From the IMG/VR virus record IMGVR_UViG_3300005338_000001, positions 14,527 to 78,526 of that record: a DNA stretch of 64,000 nucleotides; one strand, 5' to 3'. Every line of letters begins with the position of its first letter. Position 1 is the first letter of the stretch. The notes beneath the pieces were generated by a model that was not told the origin of the DNA, did no database searches, and saw nothing but the letters and a program-made list of their open reading frames with translations. Below are positions 9,928 through 18,599 of this stretch, in pieces. This DNA is from a virus. The translations under genes and the position numbers were made by a program.

Positions 9928-11712
9928 TTAAGGCGGAACGGGTTTCGGATACGCGACGTAGATGATCGTGAATTTCCACAGCCGATGATTGTAGCGTTCG
10001 TGCTTCACCGCCGCCACAATGTAGGTGTCGCCATCGGTCGGCACGACAGGCGGCACGGTAGCTGAAATGGATGGCGTGTAGTAAATCCACTCAGCCGCAC
10101 TGGCCGGAATCGCCACGTTAATGGAAGCTGCGGGATGGATGGTGGCGGGAATCGTGAAGGTACGCTCATTCGCGATGGCGCGGCCACCACCAGCCTTCGC
10201 CAGAATGGCAATCGCGGTAATGGCCTGCGGCGAGAACAGCGTTACCTTCGGAAGCGCTGCAAGGAACGCCGTGTCTGTCGGATTGGAGGTGTAGCGCTCG
10301 AAGAAGGAAGCCGGACATGGCCCTCGGTATCCCTGCTCGATCTGCGCTTCCAGCGCCACGTCTGCCGCAATGGAGTCCCCGTCTGCCACGTAAGCGTGAT
10401 ACCATGTCAGGTCGCGAAGGCTGTCCGGCCAGCTATACTCGTATGTTCCCAGCGTGTGGATGTCCTTGCTGCCGTCTTGGTGCAGCATCCAGTCCAAGTC
10501 AGCAACATCAGCGGATGAAACGATCCGCACACTCCGCAGCCCGTCCATGCCCATCGGCTTGTACTCGATGGAAACGCCATCACCAGCCGCGATCATCTCA
10601 GCGGTCAGTAACGCAGCGGTGGCCGGCACGGCTGACTGCGCGACGATCTGTTTCGTGATGCGTACTGCCGTGAAGGTCTGCTGATCGAGGTCGCTCTCGG
10701 GAATCAGCGGCCCATAGACCGGCTCGTAGATGCGGGTCAGCGCAACGATCTGGCCCTTCTCATTCTCGTAACTCTGATCCAGCAACTTGACGAAGTAGCC
10801 GACCGTCATGGTCAGTCCCGAATGCGATCCGGTGGCCGCTTGGCTGAGCGTCAGCGTCGTGGTGCTGTCGATGCTGACAATCGTGGTGCCTGCCGGGATG
10901 TCGGTGCCGGTCACGAGTCCGCCCGCGTACCGGCCTCCGGTGCTCGCGACCGTGAGGCTGGTGGTGCCGTGGGTGGAGACGCCTGTCAGCGTTGAGGTGA
11001 GGCCAAAGGTGCCGGCAGTGAAGCCGATAATCGGGCAGATGTCGGACAGCGGAGTTCCGAATGCCTGTGACGTATTGGGGATGCGCCATGTAATTCTTGG
11101 CCATGCAGTCAACCCAAATGGCGTTTCGATCCGGTAGCCGAATCCATGCGCTTCCGCAGCGTCGTCCTCGTCGGACAAATCCGGGATGTGCTCGAACACG
11201 CGCTTCACTCGAACGTAAATCGAATCGATCCTCGGGTCGCCAGTCTGCTCGGTCAACTGGTCCGATTCAATCAGCGTGGAATCAGGAAATACAGGGTTGC
11301 CTTCAACATCCAGTTGCGGATCGGCAGTCCCAAGTGCCAGCGGCCCGTCTCGCAGCCAGTCGTCTCGCCGCATGATGTAGGTGCGTTCAATGCGAGGGAA
11401 TCGCGCGGGTCCGTAAGGCGCGGAAACCTCAAAATTATACGAGTCCTGATCCGTAAGGTCTTTGGTGTAAACCAACAGCATCCAGCCCACGCCCACCGAG
11501 TCGTCAGGCTTGATCAGCGACAGGATGTGCTCGGGAAACTTGACGGTATCGGGATGAGCCTCGCCGTACTCGGGCGGCTTCGGCCTGCTCGTGATCGTGT
11601 CGGAGTTCAGGTACCGATAAACGAAGAAGTCCGCGAGATTCTTCGTGCCGTATCCCGCCACGTAGCTGACGCCTGGAATCGGCCATTGCTGTTGCGTCGG
11701 AGGTGTCGGCAT
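9928..11712 (-). CDS. Putative tail/virion structural protein (594 aa from MPTPPTQQQW)
   Basis: Beta-rich, with an inserted Thr/Gly module (VTGTDIPAGTTIVSIDSTTTLTLSQAAT) of the kind seen in tail proteins. Confidence 0.55.
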   Translation of the reverse strand: MPTPPTQQQWPIPGVSYVAGYGTKNLADFFVYRYLNSDTITSRPKPPEYGEAHPDTVKFPEHILSLIKPDDSVGVGWMLLVYTKDLTDQDSYNFEVSAPYGPARFPRIERTYIMRRDDWLRDGPLALGTADPQLDVEGNPVFPDSTLIESDQLTEQTGDPRIDSIYVRVKRVFEHIPDLSDEDDAAEAHGFGYRIETPFGLTAWPRITWRIPNTSQAFGTPLSDICPIIGFTAGTFGLTSTLTGVSTHGTTSLTVASTGGRYAGGLVTGTDIPAGTTIVSIDSTTTLTLSQAATGSHSGLTMTVGYFVKLLDQSYENEKGQIVALTRIYEPVYGPLIPESDLDQQTFTAVRITKQIVAQSAVPATAALLTAEMIAAGDGVSIEYKPMGMDGLRSVRIVSSADVADLDWMLHQDGSKDIHTLGTYEYSWPDSLRDLTWYHAYVADGDSIAADVALEAQIEQGYRGPCPASFFERYTSNPTDTAFLAALPKVTLFSPQAITAIAILAKAGGGRAIANERTFTIPATIHPAASINVAIPASAAEWIYYTPSISATVPPVVPTDGDTYIVAAVKHERYNHRLWKFTIIYVAYPKPVPP

Positions 11713-11744
11713 CGCCGTGCCTGTAGCCGAGATGCAAGGCTGCG

Positions 11745-11951
11745 TCAATCCACGAATTCGCGACGCAGCGCGACAGTCGGCTTCACGCGGCCCGGAAACC
11801 GAACAGCAATCGACTCCGATGCATCGTTTCGTCTGATGCCCGGCCACTGTTCCTGCACTTCGGAATCGTCAGGGCGCAGGACTTCGACTTCCGTTCCTGC
11901 CGGATACATCACTCCGCCAAGCTTGCCGCCATATTTTGTCCTGAGTGTCAT
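11745..11951 (-). CDS. Small hypothetical protein (68 aa)
   Basis: MTLRTKYGGKLGGVMYPAGTEVEVL...; first gene of the minus-strand virion operon. Confidence 0.5.
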   Translation of the reverse strand: MTLRTKYGGKLGGVMYPAGTEVEVLRPDDSEVQEQWPGIRRNDASESIAVRFPGRVKPTVALRREFVD

Positions 11952-12206
11952 GATGAGGAAATTGGACTGGCGCAGGAATTGGAGTCCCGTGCACCAGCAT
12001 GGCCGCAAAGCCACAGCGTCCCGTTACCAGATGCGTGCCGCCGCGTCAACGCCTCAGTTTCAGGTTGACGCGGTTGCGGTGGCTGTGCAGAGTTGCGACA
12101 GGTGGACCTGCAAGTGGCCATCGGGATAAAATCCGAGACACGGGCAGGCGTTAAGGCTTACGGTGAAACGCCGTTATTGAGCCGAGCCGCAAGCCGCCTC
12201 CCTAAT

Positions 12207-12278
12207 CGCGGGTTAATTCATCGGCAGAAATCTGGCCTCATAATCCGGAAGTAGTGGGTTCAATTCCCACACCCGCAA
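12207..12278 (+). tRNA. tRNA(CAU), initiator (fMet)-like with atypical pairs
   Basis: Acceptor CGCGGGT/ACCCGCA with C1xA72 mismatch; loop CTCATAA; T-arm GTGGG-TTCAATT-CCCAC; A73. C31xU39 and A10xA25 mismatches. No encoded CCA. Confidence 0.85.
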
Positions 12279-12328
12279 CCCCTCTGCGAACTTCCTTGCA
12301 TCCGCCGCCGTTGCGACGAAGATACGGA

Positions 12329-12538
12329 ATGATTACTTCGCTGCTGTTCATTTTGCTCTACGCACTCGTCGCGCTGCTCTGCCTCCTGCTCGTCTTCTAC
12401 ATCGTCGAGCTTTTCATCGCCATCCCGCCGCAGATCAAGAAAATCATCTACGCCATTGTCGGCGTCCTGCTGCTCATCCAGATCGTCCAGCTTTTCGTGG
12501 GCGGGTCGCTCTGGTTTCCGCTGCCGATGCGCAGGTAG
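12329..12538 (+). CDS. Small two-TM membrane protein (69 aa)
   Basis: Two hydrophobic helices joined by IPPQIKKII. Confidence 0.7.
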   Translation: MITSLLFILLYALVALLCLLLVFYIVELFIAIPPQIKKIIYAIVGVLLLIQIVQLFVGGSLWFPLPMRR

Positions 12539-12588
12539 CGCTGCTGGTGTTCCTGTTTGCGGCGCTCGGCATCAGGCTGCCGTGACGG

Positions 12589-13083
12589 TCAGTAGTGGAT
12601 TTTAGGCGTCATCTGAGGTCCGATTGAAAAACTCGGATAGGCGCGGAGGAATTCTTGCGGGTTCTGTGCGCGCTGCATTGCTCGCCACTGTTTCCTCGGC
12701 ATTCCTTTTGGTCGTCCTGCTGAATTTCCGTTTTTCATCTTCGCCCTAGCCTGATCGCGAAGCTCCTGCCATCGATCCTTTTTCCGGATCTTGTTTTGTC
12801 GCGGCTTGGACATGAAGTTGTTGGCGTAACGGTCGCGCAGCTCAGCAGCATCCAGTGTGTCTGTTTTGTGCCGATGAACCATTCGGTGACAAGCGTGGCA
12901 CAGCAGCACCAAGTCCTTCAGGATCGTGTCGTACGGTGTTGCGCGATACTTCCAATGGTGACACTCCAGTTGCCTGTCTGTGCGGCAGATCACACAGGCG
13001 CGTTTGTACCGCGACAGGCATTGGATGCGAAGCTGTTGCCAGTGGTCGGTGGTGAGGTATTGCTGGTACTGCTGGGCGTTCAT
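12589..13083 (-). CDS. HNH endonuclease
   Basis: YQQYLTTDHWQQLR...CVIC...LECHH...DLVLLCHACHRMVH. Confidence 0.85.
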   Translation of the reverse strand: MNAQQYQQYLTTDHWQQLRIQCLSRYKRACVICRTDRQLECHHWKYRATPYDTILKDLVLLCHACHRMVHRHKTDTLDAAELRDRYANNFMSKPRQNKIRKKDRWQELRDQARAKMKNGNSAGRPKGMPRKQWRAMQRAQNPQEFLRAYPSFSIGPQMTPKIHY

Positions 13084-13381
13084 GGGATCACTTAAAACGA
13101 AGAAAGGAAAGAACAGGAAAAGCAAAAGCCCCCCCGAAAAGCTGAGCCGCTACCATGCGGAAAAGGAAAGAAAAAAAGAAGGAAAACCAGAACACCGCCA
13201 CAGCGATGCTCGACGTTTTCGCTCTTGCTGGTACGCCAGTCCTGCCGATCCCGTTCCTGCCAGCGAACATCATCGCATTCAGGGCGGGGTAGAACTTAGT
13301 TACCCTCTACGCTTGGGCTGGCTGTAGCGACGCCCTTTCGCCGGGATTTACATGACCGGCAACGTGGTTCGTGCCGTTCCC

Positions 13382-13499
13382 TGAATTGTGATCTGAACGC
13401 GGCCTCAACGCCAAGCCATTGCCCTAGCCCGGCCACTGAGCGCTCAGTGTAGGCATCGGATCGCCGTGGGAATTATACCCACCGCCAGATCACAATTCA
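13382..13499. promoter_or_regulatory. Symmetric element: 14-bp inverted repeats around a 16-bp palindrome (probable divergent promoter pair)
   Basis: TGAATTGTGATCTG at 13382-13395 and its reverse complement at 13486-13499; CACTGAGCGCTCAGTG at 13434-13449. Confidence 0.6.
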
Positions 13500-13564
13500 A
13501 AGAACGGATTTGCATTGGCGTCATCCAAGTCGTGCCCCAAAAAGAGGGAGTGCCGTACAAAGAG

Positions 13565-13600
13565 AAAGCCGCAGCGCGATTAGGGCGGGCTGCGGCTTTT
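13565..13600. terminator. Intrinsic terminator, possibly bidirectional
   Basis: AAAGCCGCAGC...GCTGCGGCTTTT. Confidence 0.7.
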
Positions 13601-13767
13601 CTACAGGATACTCGTCCTGCTAAGCATCTGGCTCGGGCCTTGCGGCAGTTGCCAAAGTTAAGAAAGTCTTGTGTTCGCGCCCTAATCGCGATGCTGCAAA
13701 GAACTGCCGTCACTCTGCCTCACGCACCGCACCGGCGCAAGCATTTTCTCAGAAAAGTTTCGGCGCG

Positions 13768-13968
13768 CTATTCTTCGTCCCCGTAATCACCGCCCCAGCG
13801 GTCTGTGTCATCGCTGTCGTCGTCCAGCACCGCCTTGATGAGCCGATGCTGCTCCACCTGCAAGACTCCGATGGCCGACGCCAATGAAAGCTGGAACTCA
13901 TGGCAGTAGCGCGTCACGAGTTTTGAAAGGTCCGCCTCGAAGGCGATGATTTGTTCGCGCTCAGTCAT
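13768..13968 (-). CDS. Hypothetical acidic protein (66 aa)
   Basis: ATGA overlap with the upstream gene. Confidence 0.6.
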   Translation of the reverse strand: MTEREQIIAFEADLSKLVTRYCHEFQLSLASAIGVLQVEQHRLIKAVLDDDSDDTDRWGGDYGDEE

Positions 13969-14841
13969 GCGGTTGCCGTTTCTAGTCTCTTTGCGCCGAT
14001 GAGCTGCCGCTGAATCCAGATCACCTTGATGACGGTCTTGCCGTTACCGCTGCGCTGGTGGCGAAAGTGTCCGCGACGCCAATGAATGCGGCGGTGCCCG
14101 TGCTCGTTGTCGCCTGCGTCGCCGATAACCGCTTCTGGCTTCCGATACGCGCGGCCAATGAAGTTCGGACTCCACAGTTCGCACTGCTTTTTCTTTTTGT
14201 GCTCCTTTGCTTCGCGGACCTGAACGCCGGTTTCAATGAACTCAGGGCACGCCAGCATCCCAAGGATCAGTTGCAGCGCCGACTTCGGAATGCTCTTGCT
14301 CGCGAACAATTCCTCCTCGGGATTCATCGCCTCTCCATCGTTCTGTCCGTAATCCAATCCGAACCCGTGAACGGTTGCGTTTGAAGCTTCGGAAATTGCG
14401 GTGCTGTCGAGCGGACTTTCCCAAGTGAAAATCTTCCCGCTGGATGCGAGGGCTACGATGATCATCGTTTCGCGTCTCTCGTGAACGGGCCAGTTTGTGA
14501 TGATGGATTTTTGCAGGAACGGATTACTCCACAGCGGTTGTTCAAACGCATACGTGCGACCCGGTTCAGTCTTGATGACCGCCATCAGGTTGATGTGCCC
14601 GCATGGGCAGAGAAGCATTCCATGAGGCAGCGCAAACAGCATCGCCGGAAACGGCCACGGCATTTCTTCCATCGAGAAGTCAGCCGGAAGGTCTGTGTTG
14701 ATGAGCGATTGAAACAGGTCTGCCGCCACAAAGAATGTAGGCACCTCAAAATCATTGAGCGCCCGGATCGCCTTCAGGACGGTGCCTCCCGTGTCGCGAC
14801 TGAACGCAGTGCGATCAACAGCGTGTTCATCGGTGAACTCC
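13965..14841 (-). pseudogene. Uncharacterised MGE protein with a C-terminal HWRRGHFR motif, 5'-truncated by the IS1-like element
   Basis: HWRRGHFRHQRSG...KVIWI. The reading frame runs into the IR at 14842 and the predicted start lies inside the element. Confidence 0.6.
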
Positions 14842-14907
14842 GGTCGTGTATCATTTTGAAAGATTTGCGGACTCGCCACGGTGCGGCGTCTGTGTCAGAC
14901 GTGAGGG

Positions 14908-15024
14908 ATGAACACGAAGCTCAAGGGTAAGAAATTCGATCTCGCACAGCTCGGAAAAGCGATTGTGGATGCGGCGACCAAGCCCGCGAAGAAGCGTGCC
15001 GCGCGGAAAGTTGCAAAGCGCTGA
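14908..15024 (+). CDS. 38-aa basic peptide (MNTKLKGKKFDLAQLGKAIVDAATKPAKKRAARKVAKR)
   Basis: Hand-translated; GAGG upstream; lies just inside the left IR. Confidence 0.5.
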   Translation: MNTKLKGKKFDLAQLGKAIVDAATKPAKKRAARKVAKR

Positions 15025-15125
15025 TTCGATTCGATCTCAGCGATCCCACTTGTTCGGCTTCATGACCGATAGGAACGGCAGCCACAGCAGCACCAGAGGC
15101 GCTACAAGGATGGTGACGAGGGTTT

Positions 15126-15428
15126 TCACTTGTTCGGAGACTGCTGCGCCGTCAGCCGCTTGGCGAGCAGGAACAGTCCGATGGCGACTGCGGCGCCGAT
15201 CGCAACGACGATGCCTTGGACGAGTTCGGTGAAGTAGCCGGTTGAGTGGTACGGATGGAAGATGGATTGCGGGACAAACTTCTGGCCGTGTCCGTCCGCG
15301 ACCGCTGTGCCGTCTGGCGTGACGGTAAAGACCAGAAAGGCCAAGCACGCGTACCACGCTGTCCACAGGCCGGCCACGGCGGACACGATGTAGCAGCAGA
15401 CTGCGAGAATCAGGCGGAGCGGTTTCAT
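15126..15428 (-). CDS. Cargo membrane protein (100 aa, 2 TM)
   Basis: Two hydrophobic segments; 7 nt downstream of the protease gene. Confidence 0.6.
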   Translation of the reverse strand: MKPLRLILAVCCYIVSAVAGLWTAWYACLAFLVFTVTPDGTAVADGHGQKFVPQSIFHPYHSTGYFTELVQGIVVAIGAAVAIGLFLLAKRLTAQQSPNK

Positions 15429-15435
15429 GCGGCAA

Positions 15436-16257
15436 CTACCTCGCGAGCGTCAGCGGCATCAGGGTTGATCCGGATTTGCGCCAAAGCCAGAGTGGCACAT
15501 CTGCCGGCACCGCAAAGTTGAGCATCTGGCCTCGGATGAAATGAGACCTGACAACTGCCACAACCTTGCCACTGGCATCAATCACCGGGCCGCCGCTTGA
15601 ACCGGGAGAGATGGCAGCGGTGATTTGCAGCATCTCATGCTCATCCTCATCCGTCCGTGTTCCGGAAACGATCCCTTCCGTGATTGAGAATTCAAAGCCC
15701 AGGGGATTGCCGATCACTGCAATGCGGGTGCCCGGAGCAACGCGGGTTGCATCGCTCAACTCTAAAAACGAGTGGTTTCTTCCGCCAGTGGAAAGCACCG
15801 CGATGTCGTAGTCCTTGTGCAGAGCGATTGCACCAGCCACGTTGTACACATCGCCGTTGATCGTCTTCACTGTGGCTGTGTGCGCGCCCTCCACCACGTG
15901 AAAGTTGGTCACCAGCAATCCGTCCTCGGAAATGAAGAAACCGGATCCGGTAGCGGTCTTTCTTCCAAATACGTCAAAGACAGAAATCCGCACAACCGCT
16001 CTGCTCGCGTCTTCAAAAATGCGCGCAGTGTCGAACGGTCGCGACGGCTTCTCAGCGCGGACAGGCGCAGGCGTCTCGGCAGCCGAAGCGGTTTCCTTGA
16101 CTGGCGTTGCGTTGTTCCCCGAGTCCTGCCGCAGCGCTCCGATGACCAGCACTAGGGCAATCAGTCCGCCAGCAACCCAGCAAGCAATCTGCACCCGCTG
16201 ATTCAAGCGTTCTGCGGGAGGAGTCTTTCGCAAAATTACCTTCGGTACTCTTCTCAT
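15436..16257 (-). CDS. Membrane-anchored trypsin-like serine protease (S1C/HtrA-like, no PDZ)
   Basis: Catalytic triad motifs TNFHVV, DIAVL and AISPGSSGGP, plus GSGFF; N-terminal TM helix. Confidence 0.9.
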   Translation of the reverse strand: MRRVPKVILRKTPPAERLNQRVQIACWVAGGLIALVLVIGALRQDSGNNATPVKETASAAETPAPVRAEKPSRPFDTARIFEDASRAVVRISVFDVFGRKTATGSGFFISEDGLLVTNFHVVEGAHTATVKTINGDVYNVAGAIALHKDYDIAVLSTGGRNHSFLELSDATRVAPGTRIAVIGNPLGFEFSITEGIVSGTRTDEDEHEMLQITAAISPGSSGGPVIDASGKVVAVVRSHFIRGQMLNFAVPADVPLWLWRKSGSTLMPLTLAR

Positions 16258-16595
16258 GGCATCTGTGGTGCTCTGAAAACGAGCGGCGCGGTCACCGCAT
16301 CCCGCCGAGGCACCTGAGAGAGCCAGCACGGTAATGACAGCGACCGCGCCTATCCGGCGCGATGGCTGCAAAGGACCGTGCGTGAAAATTCTCAGGTTTT
16401 CGGCGGGCCGTTCGCAGAACGCGAAATTGAATGTTGTTGTCCGCTGAAATCAGCCAACGCAAGCGGTTGCGTCAACACAAGAATCACTGGAAGCGCTTGG
16501 AGAGATTCGTTCGGCTTTTAGCGTCACGTTTTTGGGTTGCGAAAAGAGTTGCAAAAAAGAGTTGCGTAGGTCCGCAACACCTGTATCATGCCCTC

Positions 16596-17027
16596 ATGAA
16601 CGAAGACGATTTTGACTCTCAGATTCAACGCGACATCACTGCGATGGAAACGGAATTACGCGACCTTCAGCGCGCACTCGATGCAGCACGAACGTATCGT
16701 GCGCTCCGTCGCAAAAAGGGCGGCGTGAAATCGCCGACCATGACCCCCGATCCGATGCTGCCGCTGACTGCAAATCACACAGCGAAGAACGGCAGCAACA
16801 AGAAACAGACCGCCGCGAAGGCGATCCGCGAAGCCATTGCATCGTGTGCGACCGACTACACGGTTTACGATCTGGGGCGCATCCTCGCGGCGCGCGGCAC
16901 GCCAGTTGGCCGGCCTGCACTCTCACAGTTCCTGTCCCGGCTTTTGAAGGACAAGGAAATCACCCTCAAGACTCCGGGCAAAGGTCCGAAACCAAACGTC
17001 TTCACCAAGGAGGTAACAACCACGTAG
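16596..17027 (+). CDS. Coiled-coil plus winged-HTH DNA-binding protein (143 aa)
   Basis: N-terminal heptads; C-terminal RPALSQFLSRLLKDKEITLKTPGKGPKPNVF. Confidence 0.65.
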   Translation: MNEDDFDSQIQRDITAMETELRDLQRALDAARTYRALRRKKGGVKSPTMTPDPMLPLTANHTAKNGSNKKQTAAKAIREAIASCATDYTVYDLGRILAARGTPVGRPALSQFLSRLLKDKEITLKTPGKGPKPNVFTKEVTTT

Positions 17028-17034
17028 AAAAAGC

Positions 17035-17068
17035 GAACCCGGCGAGCGCTGAAACGCCTGCCGGGTTC
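17035..17068. promoter_or_regulatory. GC-rich hairpin directly upstream of the tRNA
   Basis: GAACCCGGC...GCCGGGTTC. Confidence 0.55.
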
Positions 17069-17073
17069 TAATT

Positions 17074-17146
17074 GTCGTAGTAGCTCAATGGATAGAGCAC
17101 CTGTCTGCTAAACGGGAGGTTGCTGGTTCGAGACCAGCCTACGACG
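17074..17146 (+). tRNA. Class I tRNA with GCU (Ser) anticodon and Arg-type identity elements
   Basis: Acceptor GTCGTAG/CTACGAC; D-arm GCTC-AATGGATA-GAGC; anticodon arm CCTGT-CTGCTAA-ACGGG; 5-nt variable loop AGGTT; T-arm GCTGG-TTCGAGA-CCAGC; G73; followed by CAA. Confidence 0.9.
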
Positions 17147-17235
17147 CAACTAACAAACCAGCGGTTGCCCGCCAGCCTGCACATTGACACGCGCAAGGTA
17201 ACGACGGGACCGCTTAAAAGCAAGCACAAAATCCC

Positions 17236-18087
17236 ATGAACAAACTCGACCGTTCCAAGCGCGCGCAAATCCTGCGCTGTCTCACTGAAGGCACTTCCAT
17301 TCGTGCCGCTGCACGCCTCACCGACTGCGCGATCAACAGCGTGGTGAAACTCCTGATTCAAGCGGGCCGCGCCTGCACGGAGTATCAGGATCGCACACTC
17401 CGAAAACTCAACTGCCAGAGGCTGCAACTCGATGAGGTTTGGAGCTTCGTTTATTGCAAGGAAAAGAACGCCACTGCGGAAGAAAAAGCCGCTGGCGCTG
17501 GCGACGCGTGGACGTGGACGGCACTCGACGCGGACTCAAAGGCAATCGTCGGCTGGTTTGTCGGCCCGCGCAACGCGCGCTCGGCATTCCATTTCATCGG
17601 CGACCTTGTTGATCGGATGGCTTCGCGCAAAGTGCAGATCACAACCGATGGATTGAGTCTCTACGTCAACCCCGTGCATTCGATGTTCTGTGGCGAGGCC
17701 GATTACGCGCAGTTGCAGAAAATCTACGGCACAGAGCCGATGCCGTCTGGCCGATACAGTCCCGCGCAATGCATGGGGAGTCGTCGCGCTGTGCTCAACG
17801 GCAACCCCGATCCCGCACATGTTTCAACGTCCTACGTGGAACGCCAGCATTTGACGCTGCGCATGAACAACCGCCGCTTTACGCGCCTCACGAACGCCTT
17901 TTCAAAGAAGCTGCAAAACCTTGAGCACTCCGTTGCGCTCTACACGATGAGCTACAACTTCTGCAAGATTCACAGTTCGCACCGCGTCACTCCCGCAATG
18001 CAGCTTGGAATTGCGGATCACGTGTGGGAGACAGAAGAGATCGTTGACCTGATTGACGCTCTCGAAATGGCTGGAAATTCAAAATGA
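17236..18087 (+). CDS. IS1-family DDE transposase (283 aa)
   Basis: N-terminal HTH; QLDEVWSFV, ITTDG, STSYVERQHLTLRM, RRFTRLTNAFSKK, TPAM. The stop lies within the right IR. Confidence 0.9.
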   Translation: MNKLDRSKRAQILRCLTEGTSIRAAARLTDCAINSVVKLLIQAGRACTEYQDRTLRKLNCQRLQLDEVWSFVYCKEKNATAEEKAAGAGDAWTWTALDADSKAIVGWFVGPRNARSAFHFIGDLVDRMASRKVQITTDGLSLYVNPVHSMFCGEADYAQLQKIYGTEPMPSGRYSPAQCMGSRRAVLNGNPDPAHVSTSYVERQHLTLRMNNRRFTRLTNAFSKKLQNLEHSVALYTMSYNFCKIHSSHRVTPAMQLGIADHVWETEEIVDLIDALEMAGNSK

Positions 18088-18095
18088 TACACGAC

Positions 18096-18599
18096 CTAGA
18101 AATCAATGATGTTGTGAGAGGACAGGATGCTGACAGGAGGAAGATCGCAATCAACCAGAGCCATCCCCACATCTTCGGCATGTGCTTGCAGCAATGGCAG
18201 GCGCGTCGTAACCAGCATCTGGCAGTTCATGTAGGCCGCCTCCACCAGCACACGGACATCTTGGCGAGATCCACCAGGCAGGACATTTCTTGCGAGGATT
18301 TTGCTCACGTGCATTTTGGTGACTGCTTTTTGAGTGTCCGTAAATGCCGGGCAATCGCAATCACTGTCCTCAATTTCTTGCCGCACCAATCTGGCTCGTT
18401 CGCGTTGTTCCCTGTCTGCTGATTCCGTTTCTGTGGCTGCAATCTCCACAAGAACGGATGGACAGATGATGAGATCGAGCCGGAGTTTTTTCCGGAGAAC
18501 TTGGATTGCTTTCGTGTGATGCGAAATTCCAAACCGCTCCGCAAACAACACTTTCGTGTCAAGAGCAGCCCTACGCGGCTGTTCTTGGGCAAGAGCCAT
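18096..18599 (-). CDS. PIN-domain (VapC-like) protein with a degenerate active site
   Basis: ALDTKVL, PSVLVEI, DVRVLVEAA, LVTTR (canonical DTN...E...D...T-x-D). The stop codon uses the last base of the IS1-like IR. Confidence 0.65.
   Translation of the reverse strand: MALAQEQPRRAALDTKVLFAERFGISHHTKAIQVLRKKLRLDLIICPSVLVEIAATETESADREQRERARLVRQEIEDSDCDCPAFTDTQKAVTKMHVSKILARNVLPGGSRQDVRVLVEAAYMNCQMLVTTRLPLLQAHAEDVGMALVDCDLPPVSILSSHNIIDF

Larger units (their letters stand above)
14842..18096 (+). mobile_element. IS1-family cargo transposon (3255 bp)
   Basis: Perfect 19-bp terminal IRs GGTCGTGTATCATTTTGAA (14842-14860) and TTCAAAATGATACACGACC (18078-18096); DDE transposase at the right end; no TSD. 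Confidence 0.9.

Noticed and set aside
13469-13480. GGAATTATACCC as the second IS1595 end
   Set aside because: It matches the 20004 end at 10/12 positions, but there is no TSD, no tnpB remainder beyond it, and it lies inside a symmetric element that spans it. Unresolved, probably chance.
17236-18087. Full AGY-to-Arg codon reassignment in the element
   Set aside because: AGC/AGT encode Ser at motif positions expected to be Ser (DEVWSF, RYSP). At most partial mistranslation.
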